Origin: Octopus vulgaris
Lineage: Eukaryota
DNA: 64,000 nt
Assembly: GCA_951406725.2 (NCBI GenBank)
Contig: OX597822.1
Coordinates: 34,596,001-34,660,000 of the forward strand
Reading direction: 5' to 3'
Numbering within the stretch: the stretch's first letter is position 1; each line of letters starts with the position of its first letter. Positions 38,533-53,173 of the stretch are shown here, piece by piece. Made by a program: the position numbers and the translations under genes. The notes beneath the pieces are model-generated. The model was given only the letters and a program-made list of their open reading frames with translations, ran no database searches and had not been told where the DNA came from.

Positions 38533-40490
38533 TTATTCATCAGAATGGCCACGAAAGCCGTATACACATAAGTAGCAGCGGGCTGGACAAGAACATTAAT
38601 GTGATGAGGATGATAACGATAAAAATAAATAAAAATGGGAGGGTCACCGGCGTCCGCCCACCGATAACCCCTCGAGAACACTGTTCAATTTATAATTCAA
38701 GAAAAATTAATATACAGTAATTAGATACAAGTATAAACATTTCAAAAACGAAAGTTCGTTTTTCATTCATCTTCTCTGTCCGGGCCCCCAAGTAAGTTTC
38801 CGGCTGCCTGCTGGAAAGCCTGCATTGGAAGGCCCGGACACAAAATCCTCATTATTGCAAGTCCTCCTGACCTCAAATAGTCATCTCAACATGACCTCCT
38901 TTGAGGTAGAAAATGAAACGTTCCACCCCTTTCTCACGGGGAGGAGTCTCAACCTACTCTGTCAGTGGCACAATACCCACTGACAGAGCTTCTCGTTCCG
39001 ATGGCACACTTCCCACCGGAGGAACCTCTGGTTTCGTCGGCGGCACAACGACATCCGCCGACCGTCTCCCGTTTCTCTTACATCTTTTTCTTTTTGCGGT
39101 TGCGGAAGTCGGGGCCTCCATCGGCACACCCGGGAGGTCCTCCTCCTCTCCCGCAACCTGCACTTCAGCTAGTGAGCAACCACCGTTGCTCACCTTTCTC
39201 GTTCTTTTCGTTGAAGCCGACGCCTCAACGACTTCCTCCGTTTCTCCCTGCAATGGGAGCGCGGAGGGCACCTTCACCTTTCCCTGCTCCGGAACATTAC
39301 CACGGCCCTGGCGGGCAATCCTTCTTAGTGTGGCCTGACTCCAGGCACTAGTGACACTTGGAGGGGCGACCCTCAAGTATCACTAGATACCTTGAGCCAG
39401 CGATTTTCAAAAAGTCAGGGAAAGTCATTTCATCCGCCGCCACTGGGTTCCATAGGGTCAAATTCACCCTTGCAACCTCCCAGTCGACCGCAGGTTTTAT
39501 TTCTACATTTAAGAGCCTGGGCCCGGATGGCATCTGCAATCCACCCCGCTTCGGTGCCCAGGCTCTCATTATTTTCTCCCCACAATATGTGGGAAGGAAA
39601 AGAATCTCTTCCCCATCGTTACATACCTGACACCCCTGGACACAAAGTAATTTTTAGCTGGTAAACATTTTGCCAGCTCTTTATTAATGATACCCTTATC
39701 GAATGGGATGAAGGCGTCACACGACCTAGAATAGGTTCGTAGTGTCACCGTCCTACTCTCAAGGTTTTCAAGCCACTTCAAGCCACTCAAAACAGTGACA
39801 TTATTTTCCTTCCTATTCTCTGCCATGAGAACATAAAATAAACACAAATAAAAATTCTAAACACAGGAAATATAGAAAAAATGTTCAATAAAGGCGGAAG
39901 AAATGAAAATAATAGTCCATACCAAAAATAGTTAATAAAAGAAAGAGAAAGGAAAAACAACAGTTCACGAAGAGTAAATAAAAATAAAATATATTTCCAG
40001 GCAGAAAAAAAAATTCAGGCCACAATGGTACTCTGGCCCTATTCGATCCCGGCTCTGTTGCAGCTCTCAATTTGATGGTAAAATCCAGCAAACAAAAGTT
40101 TTAATCTCTTCTTCAAATCCGTAATTTTCAAAACCTCTTAGTTGGTTTGAAAACAACAATAATTTTTCTTCAATTTTTCTCCACTGTAGAGAAACAATAA
40201 TATACTTCAAAAAGTTCTGGCTTGCTTCTCCGGCTGTTCAAACAAGCTCACCGGCAACAAGCCACACACACTTTTGCTAGCTAAACAAGCAACAAATTCA
40301 CCGCCAAGAGTAAGTGAAAATGCCCCAGAGCAGGGCAGAATATACTGTAATAAAAATAAGACAACAATATTACCCAGCTCAGAAAAAAAAAATCGTTTAC
40401 CTTGACGGCGACCTTTTTCTCTAAGACGGAGGTAAACAGCTACACGTCTTCCCTTGTTCAATTCAGCAACTAACTAACAGAGGCGCATAC
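38533..40490 (-). mobile_element. ORF1-only non-LTR retroelement (HAL1-like architecture, L1/Tx1-type ORF1), decayed
   Basis: 15-bp TSD (13/15 identical) at 38518-38532 and 40491-40505, AATAAA at the 3' end, a gag-like ORF with a CCHC knuckle, and no RT or endonuclease. Confidence 0.7.
38760..39826 (-). pseudogene. Disrupted gag-like ORF1 nucleic-acid-binding protein
   Basis: MAENRKENN... start; ...YLVILEGRPSKCH*CLESGHTKKDCP is a CX2CX4HX4C zinc knuckle with an in-frame stop; low-complexity E/K/P-rich C-terminal part; frameshifts present. Confidence 0.75.
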
Positions 40491-40812
40491 GTAAGCATGC
40501 GACTTAAGACACATCCACTTCTGCGCCTGCGTGCATACATACATGCATACTTTCATATGTACAGGCATACATGCATATATACTTACATATCCATATGTGT
40601 GTGTATGTGTTTGTGTGTTTGCGCGTGCGTGCGTGTGTGTGTTTGCGTGTGTTTGACAATCCCCACTGTTTTACATCCACTGTTGTCTTTTACGTCCTGT
40701 ATCTTTGCAGTTTGGGAAGCACCGAAAAAAGTGATAATTTTGTTCGTATAAACACATGAAGATGGTGCCTAAGCATATAGCTGCAGTCCAATGACTGCAA
40801 GAAATGGAATAC

Positions 40813-41013
40813 GCTTTTACTCTTTTACTTGTTTCAGTCATTTTGACTGCGGCCATGCTGGAGTTCGGCCTTTAGCCGAGCAAATTGACCCCAGGACTTA
40901 TTCTTTAGAAGCCTAGTACTTATTATATCAGTCTGTTTTGCCGAACTGCCAAGTTTAGGTGGGGGCAGCCATCGGTTGTCAAGCAATGTTGGGGAGACAA
41001 ACACAGATACACA

Positions 41014-41051
<38 letters not shown>

Positions 41052-41492
41052 CGTGATCACTGTGACCGACTAGGCTATCAGATGTTGCTACACATCGCTG
41101 GTCACAATGTGCTTCGCATTGTTTTAGCCTTCAAATGACGCCGCCCCGCTGGCTAAGCGAGCAGGCCAACAGAAGAAAGAATGAGAGAATGCTGTCGCGA
41201 AAGAGTACAGCAGGGATCGCCACCACCTCCTGCCGGAGCCTCGTGGAGCTTTAGGTGTTTTCGCACAAACACTCACAACGCCCGGTCTGGGAATCGAAAC
41301 CACGGTCCGCTGCCCTAACTACTGGGCCATTCCGCCTATATATATATACGACGGGCTTCTTTCAGTTTCTACCATTCACAAGGCTTTGGTTGGCCCGAGT
41401 CTATAGTAGAACACGCAGTGGGAATGGGGAATGAACCAGGAACCATGTGGTTGGTAAGCAAGCTACCTACCGCACAGCCACTCCTGCACCTG
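40813..41492 (-). mobile_element. SINE family A with a SINE family C copy (41048-41337) nested in its internal (TA)n
   Basis: Family A tail 40813-41020 and head 41348-41492, with family C in between. Confidence 0.85.
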
Positions 41493-43944
41493 TAAAAGAT
41501 ATTTAGAATAAAACATTTCTAGGCTAAATATTTAGGTGTCTGTATATTTTTGTACATACCCAGAGCAAGAATTTCAATGCAAAACCAAAAACTCATTGGA
41601 AAATTTTGCATTTATATTCGTATGATAAGGACAGAAATTTGAATTTAAATACGATTTGCCAAAATGCATTAATACTTTACTCTCATGTTAATTAACCGTA
41701 ACGCTCAGATATTTCGCTCTAATCGGAAGAATACCGAATACCATTAAAAATCTTGAAAATATTCAACCGAATTTCTAACATTATTATCGCATTTTATGCA
41801 ATTCAAATATTTGGTACTTATTGCAGGATTATTGATATTTAAAGATGTATATGACAAAGAAGGGTCAACCAAGCTGTTATTATATTGTATGTGTAATTTC
41901 TATCACATGTGTTGTGTGCTACTTTCGTTAGTCAACTCATTCGTGCGCGCGTACACACACACACGACTACATAACTTAAAGAATGGGCTAGATATGATGT
42001 TTATATCGCATGTCGAAGGCGGCGGTAAGGAAAATTTTCTTTTGTCGAATTGTCTTCGATGGAAGCACTATGAAATTTGCTACCTTCTAGGATAGAACGC
42101 CATTATACAAGCTATAAAAATGGAAAAGCGAAGTGCATATATATATATTACTTTATTGCCTACAGGGTGCTAAACATAGAGGGGACAAACAAGGACAGAC
42201 AAAGAGGGGGTAATATATAGGTCAGTGAATGTATACCCTGTAAAAAACAAACTTCTGTTGCTGTACATATACTATACCAAATATTTAGATTTTTGATTTT
42301 AAAAGAACACCTATGTCTAAGTCTTATTCCATACTTATAGGCCGAAGATTTCTTTTAATAATTCTGTGACACTTTTACTGATTTCCGTCATATGGCTGTT
42401 ACCGTATTTGTGGCTATCTTCTAAGGGAGAAGACACACCAAACCGAAAAAAACATTTTATCGTAATTGGAAAGATCTGGACAAAGTGGATCAAAATTTGA
42501 ACACAGTCCGGACGAGACCACCCTCAAAATACCACGAAGATTTTTTTCGATATTCCATGGACTCTTCAAATTGCTTTTCTTTTAATACTCACTCGTAAAA
42601 CTTTTAAAAATTCCACGTTTTATAACATTTCTTTTTCTATTTTTGATACATGACATGATACATCTTCATAACAATTCTTTGCATCAAAATGAGTTGGTTT
42701 CACAGTTCGTTCCACAGTTGAAGCAGAATAATATGATGGCTTCAATGCATTGTATGTGTATGTATACGTGATCGTATGAAATATAATGAGAGAGTAATCT
42801 CAGAAAATGTCTGTTCATATTATGTAATAAATACCAAGGTTACAACGAAATAATATGATCGACTAAAATATTTATAATGTCTTTAGGGAAGTTTGTTCTT
42901 AATTAATATTTTTCAAACCTTCTTAAGCACAGTTTGAAGCAAATAACAAAATCGTATCATAGACTTGTCATGTCATATATTTCAAGATGAACGTTTAATG
43001 GAGACTGTCAAACGTGAATACTTAAATACCTGAAACATTTTAAAGAATTATAGTTATAAATACGTCAATATAATTTATATGACAGCTTTTAGATCTATTT
43101 TATTTATGAAAACATATTAGAATAAATGGAGCGGCAAATATACCAATGTTATTTAATATTTAAAAGGAGACTTCTTGGAATGCTGTAAATTTTATTGATG
43201 TGAGAAGTGCAAAGTTAAACTGTTCAGATTCTTAGAACTTCTTTTCTACTCACTGCTGAGCAATAGTTCGAAACACTAGATTTTTCTCTTCTGTATGGCA
43301 TGCCGACTCATACCATCACCACATTCTTAGGTTTTCGGATTTTAAGAAATATTTAGGTTCATTTCTTCACAGTCTTATTTTAAATCACACCGGAATTAAC
43401 ATTACCATTTCTAAAAGAATGTCGATAAATCAAGTGCAAAGAGATATTGAAAAAAACCTATCATTTATTTGAAAAAATATCATCAAATGATTTCATGACC
43501 TTCGAATAACATAAAATAATAAACTACTTGATTCACCGATTATATTGAACATTTTAAAATATAATACTCTGAATACAGTAACTGATTTTAAGATTTAACG
43601 TTAAATGCAGTAAAATATAATAGTTTAAATACAGTTACTGATTTTCATCAGATGCAGTGGAAATTATAGTTTTGACAATGTCGCAAAAGTTCGGTGAAAT
43701 GATTTTGATATTTTAAAGTATAGGAATTACGGAGATGTACTTGCATAGTGAATGACTTGATCTGAGATCGTGTGCTGGAACGAAAACAATTCGTGAACAG
43801 GCTGCGGTCTCAAAGCGACGAAAATATTTTGACAAATTAAATTTAAATGTTGAAGTGAATCTAACGGTTTTGTGTGTTTCTTAAATGGCTTATAAACACC
43901 TTCCATGCTGCAAAGTATAGGATATTTTTAAAGAATAAGATAAA

Positions 43945-45569
43945 CTAGCGGAACCCGTGAATATTTCCCGGAATTAATAGGAAACCTATTAGGTTATTCC
44001 TGAAAACTTTATCCCAAAACCCTGAAAGTGTAGCCTGTGTCGTGTCTGTATCAAAAGATAGTCGCTCATCTGCTATTCATTGAAAAGTGAAAGAAATTGG
44101 AATTATGATGATTACTTAATGCACTTTATATACATACTTTATGTACTTTATGCACAATTTTATAGACGTAATTCACAACACTCATACAATAAATATTCAC
44201 ATTTTTTTCCATTTTTGCCATAAACAGAAAAATATTACATTTTAAAAATTTATATGGTTACAATTTCATATCAAAAAAAGAAAAGATTTATAGTAAAAAA
44301 AAATATTTTATATAGTGCAACAATGCACTATAATATAGACAATGAGCTATATACCTGTTGTGATTTAGTCATTCATAGTCTGATATGATATTTCGGAATA
44401 ATATTCCTTTTTCATATATTCTTAGATGGAGTTTTATTCCGAAAGATCATATCAGACTATGGATGACTAAATTACAACAGGTATATAGCCCATTGTCTGT
44501 ATTATAGTGCATTTTTGTACCATACACATCTTTTAATTCTTTACAAACAATGCACAATGCGTAATGTAAAATATAGAGTGTCACAGTTTTACGCGGGTAA
44601 AAATTAAATGCAGTATGGCATACTCTGAAAACCAGATCGCTGGTAACTTTATAAGGCAAGCCGATGGTTCAGAGCCAACACACATTTCAATTTGCGTACA
44701 CCATTCAATCCGATACTTCCTTGCAGACTATGTTCTTCGTGTAAGTTCTTCCTTTCGTTTCTCTTGTTTGTCACTGTTGATAACTTTAACTCTCATATGA
44801 GATAATTTGCGAGCCCTTGAGAATGCAACATATAGCTGAACATAGCCGAATACAGGTTCAGGTAACAACGGCCTCACTTTATCAAATGTCTGCCTTTGTA
44901 ATTTAATGATAGTCATTAAGTAAGACAAACAAACGGGGTACTGGTTTCTTTCTACACTGAATGGCAAGTTTAGGATGCGCATACGTTAAGTGATAGGTGA
45001 TATAAAAAACATAGTTGAATTTTTAAAATATACTGTTCACTATGCACTCACCATCGCTAACAACACCACCACCATATCTATCTGTCTTCCTGTCTGTCTG
45101 TCTGTCTCTCTCTGACTTTCGTTACTCTCACCATCAGAACATCACCTCTCTGCTTGAATTATATTCCTGACTCACCTGTATATCACTACCTTCAACTATT
45201 TTTTAACCACACATATTAACTATTACTTTCCCACTACCACATGTCATGGGCGTTTCTCTCTCCGTCTTTTTTCTCTCGCTCTTTCTCTTTCTCTCTCACC
45301 CACTCTCTTTATCTCTCTGCCTCATTCTCGTCTTATCCTAATTTGCTCCCTCCTACTTTTCCTTCTCCCTCTTTTTCTCTCTTTCCTTTTTCTTTCTCTT
45401 GTTCTCCAATCCTGTGGAAGCGTTACAATTATGTTCCCTCTACGTCACGTCATGGACGCTTCTCTTGTCCATTTTTCTGTCTTCCTCTTTCTTTCCCTCT
45501 CTTTTTATTTACTCATGTGAAGCGTTACCAACGGGCTAAGTAACGCAAGGAATTATTATAACATATAGC
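43945..45569 (-). mobile_element. Non-autonomous Helitron (~1.6 kb) with a PIF1 helicase fragment
   Basis: Minus-strand 3' end has an imperfect hairpin and CTAG|T at 43945-43970. ORF 44728-44982 (LPFSVERNQYPVCLSYLMTIIKLQRQTFDKV...PEPVFGYVQLYVAFSR) matches PIF1 motifs V-VI. The 5' boundary is approximate. Confidence 0.8.
44310..44525. repeat. Inverted repeat (~95-bp arms, ~20-bp spacer) inside the Helitron
   Basis: TGCACTATAATATAGACAATGAGCTATATACCTGTTGTG... versus ...CAACAGGTATATAGCCCATTGTCTGTATTATAGTGCA. Confidence 0.85.
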
Positions 45570-47309
45570 TGTGTGTCGGGGTAGAGGCATTTAATGGCTA
45601 ATAAGGCCCTTCCACGAGTCTAACCGCTTCAGTTTCAACTACAATCGCAGAATGTAACTAGCTAAGAAACTAAGACTTCAAAATTATAAATATTGCATTT
45701 TTGAAAAAAATATAAAACTCAAAAGAAACTGTTCCAATAAATGTCTAAATGAAAGAGTCCTTTAGTTTATTTGGCCACTAAATATTCTTACAGACACTAT
45801 TGAAAGAATTATGGAATTTAGTCGAGAGTACAGTTTTATGCATGGAAGCACAAATAGCTTCAGCTTTGTCAGATACATATAAAGAGAACTGTCAGACGTC
45901 TTGAATAAAGACACTTATTTGTATTTGTAGCAGTGAACTGAGAGATGTGGCCTAAAGATAAAATTTAAAAGACTTGCTGACAGAATATTGTGATTTCATT
46001 AAAGGAGGTGATATTCTCTCATGAAGAACTGAATAGTATTTCAAATACTATGTCTGGAAACCTCCTGCTTCATATAATTTACTTATGTAACATAACTAAT
46101 CTGTTAATAGATATTTCAAAGACGACGGGTAGCTTTGAAATGTTCGTATAGCAAATGACTATCAATGGACTAACTATAATGTTTTTAAATGAGTTTAATT
46201 CAAGTTGTTTCAGATGTTAAAGTATTACATTAGAGTCTACGACCGGAGCTACCATCTGTGGTTTTGCTTTGTAAATATTCCGGGATTTTAGGCTATAAAT
46301 TGTTGAATATTTGACAAATAGGTCTGTGGTTTAAATCTATCCTTATTTACTAGTTAGTCTTATTCGAATTAAAATATCTATTTTCAGTATTTACAGCGTG
46401 ATAACTTAGCTTGCCATTATCCTTTACTACTGGTGCCAAATATATATACTTTTGATTTTAGTACATTAAAATATTAAATGCGATGTATAAACAACCACTG
46501 TATTGTCACTGTTGCTGCTTTTACCTCGGGTCAAGTAAACATATAATCAAAAACATTCCACCAGTGACCATCCCACCTTTAAGGAGTATCTAGAATTACA
46601 TAATCTAACTTGTCGTTCCTTTCTCTTTAGATGAAACTGATGAAGCAAATTTAGCCGCTGTTACTAAGAGTAACAGAATCTTGGTGTTAATTTCAGATGA
46701 CTCTTCAGAAATGGTGTAGTTCTAAATTAAATCTGTATTCTTGTCGTAAATGATACGACATATTTCAGAAAAACAAATCTGTTAATTTACTGGAATAAAC
46801 TTTCTTATTATTGGTTGGTAAAAGAATTCTGAAGTACAACATTATAATGATATTTTTAAAATCTCTACAGGCTATGGAAAATAAGAATGTATTTTACTAA
46901 TTGCAATGCCTTGCGGCTTCAAATCTACTGCTGTTAAAGTATACATACTACTTTTACAACTCTAAAATAATTCATAATGAATTTATAGATATTATAATGG
47001 TCTGGCAACATTTTTGGAGAAGAATTAGATTAAGCAATGTAAGCTGAGTGAGAATTGCTCGTCAATTTAATAGTACTATCGTTGTTTACCCCATGAGATA
47101 TATTATGTGTGAAATGCGCTTTATCGAGAATACACTATCTGTGAAATATATCATACTATAGTTCTCGGTTTCTTGAAAACTACCGTTCACAAATCGTACA
47201 TGATTTAATGATATTGACAGAGACAAACTGCCGACGCTAAACTTCTCTCTTATATACAAAAAAAGGTACAAAAATGCAAAACCAGATTTATGAGTTAATC
47301 AGTACATGG

Positions 47310-47576
47310 TTGTGTATGTATGCATGTATTTATGTATGTATATATGTATGTGTGTATATATGTATGTATGTGTGTGTATGTGTGTATATATGTATGCATG
47401 TGTGTGTATGTGTGTATATGTATGTAGAATGCATATATATATGTATGTATATATGCATGTATGTACGTAAGTATGTACTAGAAACAATGTTTACAAATGT
47501 TTTAGCAACAAACATGATTACTTACTCCCGTTACGTGTGCACGAGTGTGTATGTGGTGTGTATGTGATGTGTGTGT

Positions 47577-47607
<31 letters not shown>

Positions 47608-47660
47608 GTATGTTCAAGTGTGTGTGTGAGGTATGTTCAAGTGTGTGTGTGTGTATGCAT
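47310..47660. repeat. (TG)/(TATG) degenerate microsatellite
   Basis: Direct inspection. Confidence 0.9.
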
Positions 47661-49299
47661 ATATGATTACGCTTAGGAGCGGACGACATTTTTGATTACA
47701 CGAACATGTTTTTTTCAAATAATGCAAACCTAGATACATGTAAGCGTGCAATGGTTTATGTTTGCCGTGTATTAATTGCTTAACTAAATCCGACTGGCAT
47801 CGAATATTCACGGTACAGTAGCAAAGTTGTAAAACCAAATAACTTGAATTCATGACTCTCATGATAAAATATTTTATCTTGAGTTGTATAAATGTATTTA
47901 TTTTTTTCCTTCACCTATGTTTACATTATAACAAGAGCAAAAATATAAAACAAGTGTTCGCAGTTAAATTCTATAATTCATTAGATTTTAAGGAAAACTC
48001 TCTTTTGTCATAAATTTATGATTAATTTTATTTCAAATTATAAACGGGGAATAGATCAAGATCATAGTTTGATCTGTGCAGAAATGTTAATTAAGAACGT
48101 AATGGATTTTGGAATAAATTTCTATGAATGACATTTAATGTTGTTCTTGATACTCAAGGTATTTAATCCAGCACGTGCCTTTATTATTCACCCAAAGGAT
48201 GTTTTTCGTACCGTTAAGACAAACACAGAACATGATTCTCTTCTTTGGAGCATAATCACGGAAAGTTGATAATTTCCTCTATACTGAAATTAATATTGAT
48301 TATATAAAGAAAATAAGGAACCCCCAACAAAAATTGTTGAGGATTCTCAACCATTTTCAGTACTTTCCTTGTAGCAATTGTTTAATCGATGTGCAAATTT
48401 TAAAATGGAGACCAAACAATTGTCAGTAGACGCATGATAGTGAAAGAGAGAAACAAAAATAACGGGTGAAAAGGAGAGAATGGAAGAAAGTTCGGGAAGA
48501 TTGAATGTAAAGTGGTTATGTTTACATTACTTTTTCGTTGCTTGCTGCAAGAGCTAAATTTTAATTAACGGAAGTCCTTTAAAAATGGACATTTTATACA
48601 GAATCTTCTATTTTGCATAAAAGCTAGACGCTTCACTGCGTACACACATTTGAAACAAACGTCTCTTTTATATAGCATTAAACAATATACAGATATTTCT
48701 TTTGCCCGTCGTTTCTGAAACGTATACGTGTTTTTAAACTGCAGAATGATGTTCTTTAAATGAAAAAAATACAAAAATGAAAAGAATCCACGCTTTTTAT
48801 TAATTGAAGTCGAAATGAATGCAAATTAGTGGAAGAAAAACACGGTCAGCATAATGACAACACATTTGGAAACCGCAGCAATAGTTATAATGTGGCAATT
48901 CTACATTATTTCTAAGATGATCATTGCCAAAAATGTTAAAACTAATAATTCCTTTAGGATTGGTTTACAATTCGAAGAAGAATACGACCGATGCAATTAC
49001 CATAGGTGAATCACTGGTGCTTATGTCATCGATATGGGTGGTTGAACGATGAAGATATGTTAGATAATATTTAAACTCTAATAGTGGTGGATGCAGCTCG
49101 CCAGAAATATATATTTCCTTATGGAACTTGAAACAGTCATTAACAATGGATTTTTATATCATATTGGTTATCGGAAGAAAAAGGAAACCGATTAGCCAGT
49201 CAAGCTGGAGGTTATTTAATATCTGCTCTAATATAAGTCCCGAAGACACAAGTAACAAAGCTCAACAATAGGCGTTAGTTTAATTTACAAATAATTGTT

Positions 49300-49835
49300 T
49301 CTACTCTTGACACAAAACCAGCAATTTTTAAAGTGGGGTGTTACTCCATTACATTTGTCGCATCACTTCGCTGGTCTTTTATTCAATAACCTTATTTTAT
49401 CGACCCCTAAAGAGAAGAAAGACAAAGTCGACCTCCGCGGGATTTGAACTCTGTATGTAAAAAGATTAGTGGTAAAATTGTTTATTACATAAAGCGGTTT
49501 TGAAAACAGATGACAAAGTTTTTGGATCCATCTTAGCACGCAATACCACTTTAATTGCAGTATTTTTCAAAACTGCTACAACAAATTAGCCATATCTATG
49601 TTGTAGATAATGCGGTGATCTGGTAAAAGCGTTAGCACGCCGGGCAAAATGCTTAGCGGCATTTCGCCCGTATATACGTTCTGAGTTCAAATTTCACCGA
49701 GGTCGACTTTGCCTTTTATCCTTTCGGGGTCGATAAAATAAATACCATAAGAACACTGGCGTCGATGTAATCGACATCACCACCTCAAATTGCTTCACAA
49801 ATTGCTGGCCTTGTGTCAAAATTTGAAACCAATAT
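49300..49835. mobile_element. Inverted pair of SINE family B copies (49300-49460 minus; 49612-49835 plus)
   Basis: AAAGTCGACCTCCGCGGGATTTGAACTC versus GAGTTCAAATTTCACCGAGGTCGACTTT. Confidence 0.75.
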
Positions 49836-50088
49836 TTATATAGACGCTCTGTTGGCAGAATTAATCGAGCATGGAAGAAAACAAAAAGCTTTACGATATT
49901 TTGTTATGTCTGTTTTTAATTCTAATATGGCCAAGGCTATCCATTCTTCTTTGTGGAGGGGTGGATATAATAAATACCAATCAGTAACTGTTGTCGAATC
50001 TCGTTGAATATACACTTCTTTAAACAGAGATCTTGTGGTAAGGCTGGGAATCCAAAATATACGGATTAGTTCTGTTGCTCAAGAACGC

Positions 50089-50134
<46 letters not shown>

Positions 50135-51929
50135 TATAAAGTTTTTTGATGTGAGGCAGCTTGTACTTTTGAAGGAAATTTGAAATTATATTAGTTACTT
50201 CAAACCATTAGTCACAAAGGTTTTGTATTTTAGAAGAGAGAAATTAACACATTAAAGCCTTCGTCCAGTTCTCAAGAATAATGTCAGTTTCTGATGCAAA
50301 ATAAACATTTCTCAACAGTGATACGAAACAAAGTCATTGTCTCGATAATCTAAATAATTACATCTTGATGTATCCCTGTAAGCTTTCCACATTGTTACAG
50401 AAACTGATTTCCTTGATAAGCTACAAGGGCGATTGTTTAGATAGATTCAAATGATCTGTTTATTTTAACAGAAATTTTGCTAATGCTGTAGGAATAAAAA
50501 GTAAAATTCTCGCTCATGAGACTAAACTCAGAAGCTAATCCCTGTATTAATTGAATACAACTACGGCATTTAGTCAGATACACTAGTCTTGCTATTCGTT
50601 TTAAAGCCAACATGCTGCTGGTATGAATATTTAAGTGGTAAGCAAATTCAAATCGATTTTGTAATACTTTGGTCTTAATTCGATCGAAACATCTCAGCTG
50701 AGTATTTGATCATGCAATTTTCTCCGCCCAGCACTATATTAGTTAAGTCATTAATCACATATGACAAGAAAAGATATTCGGAAACAGATACAAGTAATTT
50801 GTTTGACAACGTAGAGTGACACAAAAGGATTAGAAATGTAACGAGCATTCTTTACCTCTGTGGATTAACGAAGGTTTACACATGTCGGTTTATCTCTAAA
50901 TAGATAATGTTTGTATCTCTGTTGTCCTGTCTTTCAAAATTTTTGTTTTCTTTACACTTTCATTGCACACACGTAATCATGTTAATAAGATGGACATTTT
51001 CACTGTCTGCTGGGAAAATATTTAGATAGATCTGACATTAGCAAAGCAATAACGAAAACCATCTGGTTCACCTTTTGAGAGAAAATGTATGATGGTTATT
51101 ATTAAAGGAGACATAATGATATATTGTCGGTTTGAGAGAGATACTTTAAACATAGAAAATATAAGATGAAAATGAACGTTGAGTTTGAGAAATAGCCTTT
51201 GCTATAGTGATAAGATTGCTAGTATAGATGTCTTGTTGGGCGAGTACAATAATTAAAAATGAATTCTGTAAAATCGAACTTACAAAATCATATCCTCTGA
51301 GAAATAGTGAAGGGTCGAACTAGGCAAGGGATTTAAAGAAATAAATGAAAGAACTGAGGTTTGCTGTTGAAAAGAAGTAGCTCCAAATGCCGTCAAAAAG
51401 GTGAAAAAGACCACGTGAACACTAGTGGACAGTGTCTTCAAATGCAGTTGATGCAGGCAAGATTTTCATTCTTCTGTTGGCGTCTGCAGTATAGGAATTT
51501 CTGTTCTGCCAACAAAGGCCATGCAAGACTTTCCAGACCCATTTCTATGGTTTTACGAGACTATCAAATGCTTCCACACTCATACACGCAAACGCCCAGA
51601 CATACATTATTAATAACTTTTACATCTAAACTGATAAACAGATATGTATAAATTCAAACAGATATATTTTCATTCCCCTATATATAAATTTTAAGACAGA
51701 AATATCTATATACACAGAGCATCTCTTTCAGGGAATTCTAAGTTGTCAAATTGTCTTATAGTAGAATTCAATAATTTTAGTTTTACTCACATATTTTACA
51801 AGACATTTTCGCTATAATCTTTGAGACGTACACATTGGTTTCAAATTGCTGATTTATTGTACTATTTTTTTATTACGTGGTGGACGTAGCATCTCTTTTT
51901 AAACATGTAGTTATAGATGGAAAGTAGAG

Positions 51930-52085
51930 AAATAGACAGAGAGATAAACAGACAGATAGACAGATATACACAGATAGATAGATAGATATAGATATATAGA
52001 TAGAAATAGATAGATAGATAGATAGATAGATATATAGATAGATAGATACAGATAGATAGATAGATAGATAGATAGACAGATAGAC

Positions 52086-52169
<84 letters not shown>

Positions 52170-52170
52170 G
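51930..52170. repeat. (GATA)n microsatellite
   Basis: Direct inspection. Confidence 0.95.
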
Positions 52171-52462
52171 GACAGAAAGTAATTGTCGGATTTATAGCAA
52201 ATAACATCTCATCACCTTCATGTCAGAAAAATTGTTTTAAAATATTAGCATAACATATGGACATTAAATACACGAATACGAGGTCCTGAGTATGGACATG
52301 GGGACATGTTTGTATCAATGAGTGTGGGTGTTTGTGTTTATGCGTGTGCGATTGTGTGTGAGATTTGTGTTTGTAACCATGCATACGTATGTGCGTACTT
52401 TTACAAATGTGTCTATCCTATATAAGTCATACATGAATATCTAATATGCTACATTATGCATT

Positions 52463-52539
<77 letters not shown>

Positions 52540-52595
52540 CGTTTATGAATTTGGTTTGCAAGATTCTTTATGTGAGTTCGTGTGTTAAAGCATAT

Positions 52596-52852
52596 TTGTT
52601 GTGTCTCGGGAGAGTCATTCTCTTTTTTTGTCTTATTATTTAACACACTCACCGGGAAAATTTTCGTTGCGTCTTGCAACATTTTCAATAGGCGTTGACT
52701 CTGTCTGTTCAGAGACAACGACTAATGAAAATTTTGCAAGATGGCAACGAAAATTTTAGGAAAATTAAATAAGTAAATAAGTGGAAACTTTCCCGGTGTG
52801 TGTGTTAAATAATAAGATACTAAAAGAGAATGACTCTCCCGAGACACAACAA
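52596..52852. mobile_element. ~257-bp fold-back palindrome (MITE-like)
   Basis: Outer arms TTGTTGTGTCTCGGGAGAGTCATTCTC.../...GAGAATGACTCTCCCGAGACACAACAA and inner arms AAAATTTTCGTTGCGTCTTGCAA.../...TTGCAAGATGGCAACGAAAATTTT. Confidence 0.85.
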
Positions 52853-53173
52853 TACACACACACTCACACACACACACACACACACTCACACATATATGTA
52901 TATATCTGTTACTCTTTTACTTGTTTTAGCCATACGGCTGTGGTCATGCTGGAGCAACATACATACAAACATACACACACATGCGCTCACGCACACACAC
53001 ACACACACACATGTATATACGCACAGGAAGTATATGTGGTTGATAATATCTGTTACTAGCATTAATTCTATTTCATATTTGAAAAAAATGTGTGTATGTA
53101 TGTGTGTGTTTCTGTGTGCGTCCGTGTGTGTGCGCGGAGAGAGGGAGAGAGAGAGAAAGAATGAGGGAGAAAT

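Noticed and set aside
45790-46070. Possible ancient RTE fragments (TIERIMEFSREY; GDILS), also AGNVIR at ~34760
   Set aside because: Too degraded to call without a profile search
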